A DNA stretch of 64,000 nt from Bacteroidia bacterium (GTDB lineage: Bacteria > Bacteroidota > Bacteroidia > UKL13-3): positions 838 through 64,837 of the forward strand of contig JALONK010000003.1 in NCBI GenBank assembly GCA_025454975.1. Direction: 5' to 3'. A program made the position numbers and the translations under genes. Of the stretch, positions 20,501-30,200 are shown in pieces. The notes below the pieces were generated by a model. The model had not been told where the DNA came from. It ran no database searches and saw nothing but the letters and a program-made list of their open reading frames with translations. Each line of letters begins with the position of its first letter. Positions within the stretch are counted from its first letter, which is position 1.

Positions 20501-23500
20501 TACACAACTTACTTCAGCTCCCAGTAACGAACAATCATTCGTAATTTCAGGAAGTAATTTAACAACAGACGTAACAATAACACCAACCACAGGGTACGAA
20601 ATTTCAACATCAACCGGAGTGAGTTTCTCTGCCACAAACCCTCTTACATTAAATGTGTCAAATGGAAATATTACAGGACAACCCATTACTATTTATATAA
20701 GACAAAATTCAAATACATTTGGTATAAACACCGGTATCATTTCACACACATCGGTAGGAACGAATAATCCTAATATTTCGGTATCCGGACAACGAAATGG
20801 TACATATTACAGTAAGGCTTCAGGCGATTTAAATGAGTTGAATACTTGGGGTACAAATAGTGATGGAAGTGGTACTTCGCCAAATAATTTTACTACCAAT
20901 GGAATTATATATGAAATTAGAAATCGAGGTAATGCAACAATTAATGCTAATTGGACAGTATCAGGAACAAATAGTAAAGTGGTGGTTGGGGATGGAACAA
21001 ACAATACAGACTTCACTATACCTGCTAACTTCTCACTTTCGGGAACAATTGATGTAAGCAATGAAGCAGAATTAACAATAGAGAACACTACATCACCTAC
21101 GATTGGGACCTTGGCGAATGGCAGTACGATAGAATATAATAATATTGCCATTACACTATCAAATTTAATTACTTATAGAAATTTAAAATTAACCGGTAGT
21201 GGAACAAAAACATTTCCTATAAATAATACTACAATTACCGGAAATTTAATATTCGACAATATTACTTTTAATGGTGCCGGAGCCAATCCATTTAGTACTA
21301 TTTTACTTGGAGGAAATTTAACTTACATAGGCAGCATAACACCACCAACGGATGCTAACGTTATTACACTTTCAACAAATGGAACTGCCGGTGGAACGCA
21401 AACATTTACCGGAGCAGGTAATACTTTGCGTTGGTTTCGTATTACAACTACAACAGCGAATACCATACTATTATCTACAACGGGCGGTTCCAGTCATTTA
21501 TCCTTAGGAAATAACTCAGGTGGCGGAGTTTCATTAGTAGATGGATCTATATTAAATTTAAATGGAAATGACTTTACATTATTTAATAGCAATAGCACTT
21601 CAAATGCTTTTATATTAAATAATACCGGATCAATTTCTGCAACTGCAAACAGTGACTTTATTTTGTCGCGAATAGGTAATGGTAATTTAGGAACCATACG
21701 TTTTACAGATAATGCAAGTACCATTGGTAACTTAACTTTAAACCATACGGGAGTTACAAACCGCAGACTTGATTTGGGAAGCTCTCTTACTATAACCGGA
21801 ACACTTACTTTAACCTCCGGAACTTTATTAGTAGGCACAAACACCTTAACCTTAAGTGGCGATGTTGTTAGAACAAATGGAGTAATTGATGCGAGTAACA
21901 CATCTGCTGTTGTTACTTTCGGTGGTACTAATGCACTTAACCTATCCCCTAATTTTTTTACAGGTAATTTAAATAATGTAACAGTTAATAAAACCACCGG
22001 TGTTATATTGGATCAATCATTAACTGTAGCTAATGATTTAATTTTAACAGAAGGTTTTTTAGATATATCAAATTATAGTTTAACCATCAACGGTGGTGTA
22101 ACGCGAACAAATGGAAGCATTCGTACGAATGGAGGTGAAATTATTATCGGTGGAGGTAGCCAAAACATTAGTCTACATTTTGATCAAACCCAATTAGGTG
22201 TAACCAACTTATTGCAAAATTTAACCATCAACAGAAACGCATCAACCATAACACTGGCTAATCCTTTGCGTGTATCCGGAACAATTACTCCAACATCCGG
22301 AACCTTAAATGCGAATGGAAATTTACTACTTGTTTCTACATCATCAGGAACGGGTAGAATAGCACAAATTCAAACCGGTGCTGATATTACTGGTAATGTA
22401 ACTGTTCAGCGCTTTATACAAGGTGGTGCAGGATTTAGAGGCTGGAGATTAATTGCATCCCCAACATCAGGGTTCGGGTTAACTCAACTTATGGATAATA
22501 TTTTTGTTACCGGTCCGGGAGGAATAACTAATGGATTTGATGCAGCAACTTCTACTTCATCTATTCTAACTTATCAAGAGAATACAACCGGTGGAAGAGG
22601 ATGGAAAAATATATCCAACATTAATGCATCAATAAATACTACCTCAGGTATGTTTATGTTTTTTAGAGGCGATAGAAGTCAAACAGCAAGTTTAACCAAC
22701 GCAAGCATAATTCCTAATGCAACACAATTGCATTTTACAGGGAATATAAATAAGGGCTCAATAAATACTAATCCTGTAAACTTATCATATACTAATACCG
22801 GTAACGTTTCGGGTGATGGATTCAACTTACTCGGCAATCCGTACCCATGTGAAATTAATTATGGTAGCATTACCAAAACTTCAGGTGTAAGTAATACGTT
22901 TTGGACATGGAATCCTGCAACCGGAAATTATGTAAATCTTACTTCGGCAAATGATATAGCTATTGGACAAGGATTTTTTGTACAAGTAAATAGTTCATCA
23001 GAAAGTATAACATTTGAAGAGAATAATAAAACTGCCTCTTCTCCTACTGCCTACTTTAAAACTCAAACAGAACCTTTTAACATTAAAATGTATATAGACA
23101 GCAATAGGTTTGATGTTGCCTGGCTATCATTTAATAATGGTGCAAGTAGTCATTATTTATTCAATGAAGATGCAGTTAAAATGCAAAATAGTATTTTTAA
23201 CCTTGCCTTTGTAACTTCAAATCAAGTGCAGATGCAACGAAATGTTGTAAACGAACTATCATTAAATTCATCAGATTCATTTGTAATAAATGCAAGAAGC
23301 ACACAAAGTGGAAACTATTGGTTATCGTTCGAAAATAGTAACGAATTACCTACAAATAAAAATGTTTACTTGCTGGATTTGTTTAATAATAATTGGATAG
23401 ACATCAAGAATGTAAACACTTATTCATTCACAATCAACAATGGTAATCCTCTAACATTTGGTAATAGATTCATATTAATTATTACAGATGTAGTTGCTGC

Positions 23501-24026
23501 GTTACCGGTTAATATGATTCATTTTACTGCTTCAGCAAAAGAAAACATGCATTGTATTGAATGGAAAACTGCTGATGAACATAATATCAATCATTACGAA
23601 ATACAACAATCGTTTGATGGGAAAAGCTTTACTTCTATTGGATTAATAAAAGCCAATAACAGTAAATTAATTCAACATTATCAATATAAAACTCATGCAG
23701 TAATCGGGAAAGTTTATTATCGAATGAAGATAGTTGAGTTTAATCCTTCAATACAAGCCTATACAAAAACAGTTGTAATTGATGATTATGCTACAACTAA
23801 TTTTTATCGTATGTTTCCTAACCCTGCTAATGATTGGGTTACCATCGAATTCTATTCAAATGAAGATGTACCCCAAACCATCACCATTTTGAATTTAGCA
23901 GGTGAAATTATTGAAACAATTTATGGAGATAAAAACCGGTTTGTTTTTTCTATAAAACAGTATAACAATGGTGTTTATTTAGTAAGGTTACCAAACGGAC
24001 AATTATCAAAATTGGTTGTACATTAA
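17574..24026 (+). CDS. Large T9SS type A cargo protein 1 (2,150 aa): putative lectin-like, YDG-like, FN3, beta-solenoid and GNPY-region domains
   Basis: ATG 17574 gives signal peptide MKNLYFIKVLCLLLLICIGKNSVG|Q; NKDFDGTT YDG-like; PGAP..NGGSAITNY FN3; FNLLGNPYP; ALPV..F..EWKT FN3-like; MFPNPAN type A CTD. Domain names are by eye. Confidence 0.85.
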   Translation: MKNLYFIKVLCLLLLICIGKNSVGQTTLFSDNFSTSRGTTYTTTVGAIGSDANWLISRSGSDMGARIDGGILDLTNDASATSNANGWVFGYRDINSLSGWNTTLSSNTGTVSWEFNMRQIRTDPAGFGAGSYGVAFVLASTNTTVSTSGSGYAVVLGQSGSTDAIRLIHFNNGLQGTSTNIISSNTTGLTDFGNEYLSVRVTYIPSSNTWELFLRNDGTTTFTDPTGGTALTSQGTANNSTYTSTSGMRYIGGYWQGSTAANQTAFFDNVYLKVTSASSATITGTATTSAFTTTYGTASAAQQFSISGSNLTANLIATAPTGFQVSNDGTNFGTTATFNQTSGNASGTLHIRLAATATVGNYNNMQIVLSSTGATSVNITTPISGNTVTAATITITGLTASNKDFDGTTTVSVTGIPSYNGLVNSESFSVTGSVTWAFPDANVGNNKTLIRTGNYNAPSTNYTVIQPTLTANISATIPGAPNITNITNGNGEVTVIFNTPTSNGGSAITNYKYSTDNGLNYIALSPNVTTSPLIITGLTNNTTYQIKIRAINAIGDGAESNMIQATPTNNTPPSVNISSATGITSTAATLNGEVTNEGSVSVTDRGFVYNTTSGVTIANNKTQSGSGLGSFSITPTLTVNTQYYFKSYAINSAGTTLSTELNFWTLANIPTAPIVNSPSATTLNIAIGNSDGNPNNTTYAIRENNSGNFVQINGSLGVTEIWQTAATWGTITITGLSSSTSYTFSVKARNGNDVETSYGSNTSASTSASIVTIAGWNFDGLTGAGASPQNANTIASNVSITGLTRASALGNSGSPASNAWGSTVNVTGLSDASAAINANSFITFTVKANSGYLISLNEISTYNIRRSVSGPTSGQWQYSIDGTTFTNIGTTITWGSTTNAAGNAQTAINLSGITALQNVSVNTTITFRCIIWGASGASGTWYFNEFQTGNDLIVRGTVEVNTSPFIEVSTTQLSGFTQLTSAPSNEQSFVISGSNLTTDVTITPTTGYEISTSTGVSFSATNPLTLNVSNGNITGQPITIYIRQNSNTFGINTGIISHTSVGTNNPNISVSGQRNGTYYSKASGDLNELNTWGTNSDGSGTSPNNFTTNGIIYEIRNRGNATINANWTVSGTNSKVVVGDGTNNTDFTIPANFSLSGTIDVSNEAELTIENTTSPTIGTLANGSTIEYNNIAITLSNLITYRNLKLTGSGTKTFPINNTTITGNLIFDNITFNGAGANPFSTILLGGNLTYIGSITPPTDANVITLSTNGTAGGTQTFTGAGNTLRWFRITTTTANTILLSTTGGSSHLSLGNNSGGGVSLVDGSILNLNGNDFTLFNSNSTSNAFILNNTGSISATANSDFILSRIGNGNLGTIRFTDNASTIGNLTLNHTGVTNRRLDLGSSLTITGTLTLTSGTLLVGTNTLTLSGDVVRTNGVIDASNTSAVVTFGGTNALNLSPNFFTGNLNNVTVNKTTGVILDQSLTVANDLILTEGFLDISNYSLTINGGVTRTNGSIRTNGGEIIIGGGSQNISLHFDQTQLGVTNLLQNLTINRNASTITLANPLRVSGTITPTSGTLNANGNLLLVSTSSGTGRIAQIQTGADITGNVTVQRFIQGGAGFRGWRLIASPTSGFGLTQLMDNIFVTGPGGITNGFDAATSTSSILTYQENTTGGRGWKNISNINASINTTSGMFMFFRGDRSQTASLTNASIIPNATQLHFTGNINKGSINTNPVNLSYTNTGNVSGDGFNLLGNPYPCEINYGSITKTSGVSNTFWTWNPATGNYVNLTSANDIAIGQGFFVQVNSSSESITFEENNKTASSPTAYFKTQTEPFNIKMYIDSNRFDVAWLSFNNGASSHYLFNEDAVKMQNSIFNLAFVTSNQVQMQRNVVNELSLNSSDSFVINARSTQSGNYWLSFENSNELPTNKNVYLLDLFNNNWIDIKNVNTYSFTINNGNPLTFGNRFILIITDVVAALPVNMIHFTASAKENMHCIEWKTADEHNINHYEIQQSFDGKSFTSIGLIKANNSKLIQHYQYKTHAVIGKVYYRMKIVEFNPSIQAYTKTVVIDDYATTNFYRMFPNPANDWVTIEFYSNEDVPQTITILNLAGEIIETIYGDKNRFVFSIKQYNNGVYLVRLPNGQLSKLVVH
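22140..24026 (+). repeat. Shared C-terminal cassette, copy 1 (paralogous to ~29125-31021)
   Basis: Collinear protein segments, e.g. GTLNANGNL.LVS.SSGT.RIA.IQ.GADITGNVTVQRF, GFNLLGNPYPCEINYGSI.KTSGVS.TFWTWNP, FNEDAVKMQNSIFN; many synonymous differences. Confidence 0.95.
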
Positions 24027-24220
24027 GTTTTTGAATACTCATTAAAATGAAGCTAAGCTTTAAATCCTGACTTAAGAATGTTAAATTATCTTAACATTGC
24101 AGTTGTTTATACGCTAATACCTCTATTTGTTTAATTATTACACCATTAAAACGAGGTTAACAATTCTCAGATTATTAATAGAAAAAACGCATTAAATTAG
24201 GGGCAAATTTCATATTGAAC

Positions 24221-27200
24221 ATGAATATACTTACCTATACATTAAATCGTTTTATTATTGTTGTTTTTGGGATTTTAATTTCAAATGTTGGATGGGGGCA
24301 ACTTTCTATCACCAGTAATAGTGCAAATACTATTGACTTTAACAGCTTAGGTTCATCAGCCACTGCTACTTTACCCTCAGGTTTTAGAATTGGAACAGAT
24401 TGGAGCACGGGAACAACTGCAACTACCTTAGCATATGGCACTTCGGGTACGGGAGTAGTTACCGGAACTTCATCAGGTGGTGTAATCAACTGGGCAAATG
24501 GCGTCACAGCTTCATCAACCGATAGGGCATTGGGTTTTTTAACCACAGGTTCTTTCACATCACCTAGAAGTATCATCTTTGCTTTTACTAACAATACCGG
24601 TTCAACTGTAACTTCTATAGACTTATCATGGAATTATGAAAAATTCAGATCCGGCTCACGAGCATTTGATTGGACATTTTTTCATGGAAGTACGTCAACA
24701 GCTAGCACCGCCCAAACCTCAGGCGACCAAGCTTATGCAGCCGATGCAAACAATAATGTAATAAGCAATCCTCCAACTTCAACAGCTAAATCATTTTCTA
24801 TAACAGGATTAAGTATATCTAATGGTTCAACCTATTATTTGAGATGGACTTACACCGGTAATGGAGGATCAAGTAATGCTCAAGGTCTTGGAATTGATGA
24901 TCTTTCAATAACATTGGTAAGTCCTGTTCCAAGCATTGCTTTGTCATCGCCAACAATACCAACAAGTAATATTAATGGAGGAACAACTAATAATATTATT
25001 GGAGCCGTTCAACTTGATGTTACTACTGCAAATGCAACATTAAATGCAGTAACTTTTACTACTTCGGGTACTTATACCGCAGCAGATATTACAAGTACCG
25101 GTTTTAAATTTTGGTTGAGTAGCAGTGCCACTGATATTTCGGGAGCAACAAGAATTGGCTCAGACGTGGCTGCAGCAGGCAATGGAAGCAACATTTCTAT
25201 TTCAGGTTTTACATCAACCATTACCAGCGGCACAACTCGATTTATTGTATTAACTGCAGATTTAGCTGCTTCTCCAACCGATGGTGCAACGATAGGTATT
25301 TCATCTACTTCACATACAAATATTGGTTTTGTAAGCGGTACTAAAACAGGAACCAATCCTGTTGCTGCCGGAACTACAAGAACTATTGCTAACCTTGTAC
25401 CTGAAATAGCTTTAAGCTCACCGGCCGCCTCATCAAGTAATATTACACAAGGTATAAGTAACCAAGAAATTTATCGCTTTGATTTAGCAGTTACAACTGC
25501 TTCAGCTACTTTAAACAGTGTTAGCATAACAACTACAGGAACCTATGCTGCATCTGACTTAACAAACTTTAAATGTTGGTTTTCTACTGATAATACCTTT
25601 AATGCTGGTAGTGATGAATTATTATCTACCAAATCTACAAGTCTTGGAACAGGAACTCATGCATTCTCGTCTATTTCGAAAACAATAGCTGCTTCAACTA
25701 CAGGCTTCATATTTATTACTGTTGATTTACCTTTTACTTCCACATCAGGAAATACAATAGCTGTTAATGCCATTACAACAAGTGATATTGGATTTGTTAC
25801 CGGAAATAAAACAGGAACAGCAAATGCGAGTGGAACCAAAACCATCATAGATTGTACACCAACAAACGTAACCGGATTAGCGGCAACAAGTGGGAATACT
25901 ACTTTAAATGTAAGTTGGACAAATCCGTCTTGTTTTGATGAAATCATGATTGTTGCTAAACCTACCTCTACTGTTGGCGCAGCACCAAGTGGAAATGGTA
26001 GTGCCTACACAGCTAATTTAGCATTCGGAACAGGTGGAGCAACTGCTTTTGATGGTACGGGCTTTGTAGTTTATAAAGGGAGTACAAGCCCACAAACCAT
26101 AACCGGCTTAACAAATGGTACTACCTATTTTATAGATGTATTTACCAGAAAAGGATCAACTTGGAGTAGTGGAACCGAAGTGAGTGCTACACCAAATTTA
26201 ACGAATGCAACCACTATTTTATGGAGCAGTTCAGGTGGCTCGGCGTGGCTTACAACAGGTAACTGGACTGGTGGTGCAGTACCTACAACTGCGCAAACCG
26301 CGCAATTCGGATCCAATCCTACAGGCACCACAATAGGTATAAATATGGGTGGCTCAACTAATAATGGTACTTCAAATCAAATTACCGGTGCGATAGAGAT
26401 AACTAACAGCAGAGCTGCAGCATTAAATATTGGAAACAGTTCAGGAAGTACCGCCGGAACTTTAACATTGTCAGGAGTGGTAGTAAATTCTACAGAAAAT
26501 GTTATCGTAAGAAACAATAGTAACCAGTTGCTCACCATTCAGGCAAATCAGTCGAGTGCAATGACTTTAACATTAGCAAATACAACTAATAATGTAGTAT
26601 TGATTAATGGAACAGGTGGGGTTACCATAACATCTGTAATTATTGGCGCTTCAAGAAATCTAACTAAAAGAGGCACAGGAAGCGGAGTATTAACCTTAGA
26701 AGGCGCAAATACTTACAGCGGACTAACAACAGTTGCAGAAGGAACGTTAAGATTAAACAGAACCGGCGGAACTACTATACCTGCGACCAACAATGTTACT
26801 ATCGAAGGAGGAATCTTTAGAGTTAGTACTAATCAAACATTAAATAATTTAACCATAACCGGAGGCGAACTTCTTGTTGATGCAGGAGTAACCTTAACCA
26901 TCAATGGTACCTTAAGTTATTCAGCCGGAACTATAACCCTAAATGGAAACATTTCTTATGGAGTGTCTTCAACTGTTACATTCTTAAACAGCAGTGCCTA
27001 TACTTTACCGGCAGGCTTGTTTACCAATAGCCCGAATAATGTCACCTTAAACACATCAGGTGGAATTACTTTAAGTGCAAATGCTACTGTTACAGGCACG
27101 CTTACATTTACCTCAGGGGTATTAAGTACTTCAACACATATTCTAACAGCAAATACCATTGATAGAACATCAGGACATGTAAACGGTAATTTGCTAAGAA

Positions 27201-30200
27201 CAGTGAGTAATGGAAATAATGTTTTTCATACCGGTAGTGCATCTGTATACGCACCTGTTACACTTAATTTTTCCGGTATTAGCGGAACAGTAAATATAAC
27301 ACTAGCCGCGGTATTAGGAACGCCTACAACAGGTAGTAATATTAGCTCAGGTAACAATCATTATATTGCTTTGAGTAAATCAGGTGCAGGAACTTTTACT
27401 TCATACAATGCCGCAATTAATTTAGCCAATACTACTTTCAGTGGCGACTCTGCACTTTATTTTGTGCGGTTCTATAATGCAGCAAGTTTAACCTGGAGCA
27501 GTGTTGATTTTTATAAAAATTCTCATACATACAATATCATTAATCAAACTGCATTTGGCGAAATTGCATTTGGTGAATTAAGTACAGGGTACAAAGCAAT
27601 TCAAATAATCGGTATCGAACAACCATATAACATCACTATCCCAACTACAACTGTAGGTTCAAGTTCTGATGTTGCAGCAGCATTTCAATACAGTTGGAAT
27701 GGCTTAAACGAAAACATGAATATTAATGCTCCTACCGATTTTCAAGTGGCTTATGACGATGGTGTATTATCAGCCTATAACTCGACCTTTTCGTTTACTA
27801 CCGACCCATTTGTAACGCCGCCACCTGTTGATTTATATATTAGATATTCGCCTACCACTGCCATCGGAACCAATACCAGTTATTTAACCTTTTCATCAAC
27901 CGGTGCTGCTACAAAAAGTATTGCTTTGGTTTCAACCTCAATAGCCGCACAACCAACTACATCTGCAACAGTTTCATTTAGTAACCAAACTGCAAATGGA
28001 GTAAGGATTTTATTTAGTGGAGGTAATGGCACTAAAAAAATAGTTGTAGTTCGTGCAGCATCTGCTGTAACCTTTACTCCTACAGATGCAACTCAATATT
28101 CAACAGGTATTAATACCAATTTCGCCGTTGCGAACGATTTAGGGAGTGGAAATAAGATTGTTTACAACGGCACTGAAACAACAATTGATATAACAGGCCT
28201 TTCACCGGGAACCTATCATGTTGCTGTTTACGAATACAATGAAGGAACATCAAATTCACAAAATTATTTAGCCACTGCTGCTACCGGAAGTGTTACACTT
28301 GAAGCAGCACAATATGCTAATGGCGCATCAGCTGCTGCCTTAACACAAAACTTTGCAACGCTTGTAAATACCGGAAGTAGCAGTGTATTACCTGATGGAT
28401 GGTATACTAACGAAAGCGGAACAAATGCCAATACTTCATATACAGCAAATGATGGCAGTACCTCAACCGGTGATATTTCAAGCTTTGGTACCGGAACTGC
28501 AACCGATCGTGCTTTGGGTTCAATTCGCGATGCTAATTTAACACCAATGTTCGGAACCCAACTTATAAATAATACAGGAAATACAGTTACAAGTGTTTCG
28601 TTGATGTACGTAGGTGAACAATGGAGATTAGGCAATACCGGCAGAAGCGACCGTTTGGATTTCCAATATAGTACTGATGCTACCTCACTTACAACAGGAA
28701 CGTGGAATGATGTAAATAGCCTTGACTTTTCATCTCCTATTACAACAGGAAGTGTTGGTGCATTGGATGGAAATAATAGTGCAAATCGAACAACCATTCA
28801 AGGTTCAATTACCGGTATAAGTGTTTCTAACGGCTCTCGTTTATGGATTCGATGGGTTGATGATGATGCAACAGGTAATGATGATGCATTAGCTATTGAT
28901 GAGGTTGAATTTAGAATGTTTAATACAACAGTAACAGGAGGCAGTGTGTCTTCCGGTACATTCGATAATATAAATATTACATCTAATGCAACACTTTCAG
29001 GCAATGTTACTGTAACAGGCGCGCTTTTCACAGGCACATCAGAAATTGTAATTGGTGCGAATATCCTTACTTTAAATGGTGATATATCAGGAACTCCAAC
29101 CTTTGAAGGTGGAAGTGGAGCGCAATTAATTATTGGAGGTACAGGTACCGTTGGAACCTTACAATTTGATCAGTCTACTCCCGGTACCACTAATAGAATT
29201 AATCAATTTACTGTAAATAGAAGCAGTGCTACCGTTACACTTGGTAATACCCTACAAATTGCTCCGAACGGAACTGTAACACCAACCGCTGGAACCTTAA
29301 ATGCAAATGGTAATCTTGTATTGGTGTCTTCTTCATCAGGTACTGCAAGAATTGCTGAAATACAATCAGGTGCTGATATTACCGGTAATGTAACTGTGCA
29401 GCGTTTTGTGCAAGGTGGCACCGGATTACGCGGTTGGAGATTAATTGCAGCACCAACTACAGGTTTTGGATTGAGTCAACTCATAGATAATATTTTTGTT
29501 ACAGGCCCGGGTGGTACTACTAACGGGTTTGATGCAGCAACAACAACATCCTCAGTACTTAATTACCAAGAAAGTACCACGGGAGGAAGGGGATGGAAAT
29601 CCATCAGTAACATCAGTACGTCATTTTCACCGGGTGCCGGACTGTTTGTATTTTACCGTGGCGACAGAACTCAAACAGCAAGTTTAACTGTACCTTCTAC
29701 TGTTCCTAATTCAACTGTACTTGATTTTAATGGTACAATTAATAAAGGCACGTTCGGTATAACTCCTGTTAATTTATCCTACACAAATACCGGTAGTGCT
29801 TCGGCTGATGGATTTAACCTGCTTGGCAATCCATATCCATGTGAAATTAATTACGGAAGTATCAATAAAACTTCCGGAGTTAGTACTACGTTTTGGACAT
29901 GGAACCCAACTACAGGAAATTATGTAAACTTAGCTGCATCTAACGATATTGCTATTGGTCAAGGATTTTTTGTACAGGTTAACGGTACATCTGAAACCGT
30001 AACTTTTGAAGAAAGTGATAAAAGAACAACTACCCCAACAGCATACTTTAAAACTAATGAAGAACCATTTACAATAAAAATGTTTATTGATAGTGTTAGA
30101 TATGATGTTGCTTGGTTGTCGTTTAAAACTGCTGCTAACAATGACTATGTATTTAATGAAGATGCAGTAAAAATGCAAAATTCAATATTCAATATCGCCT

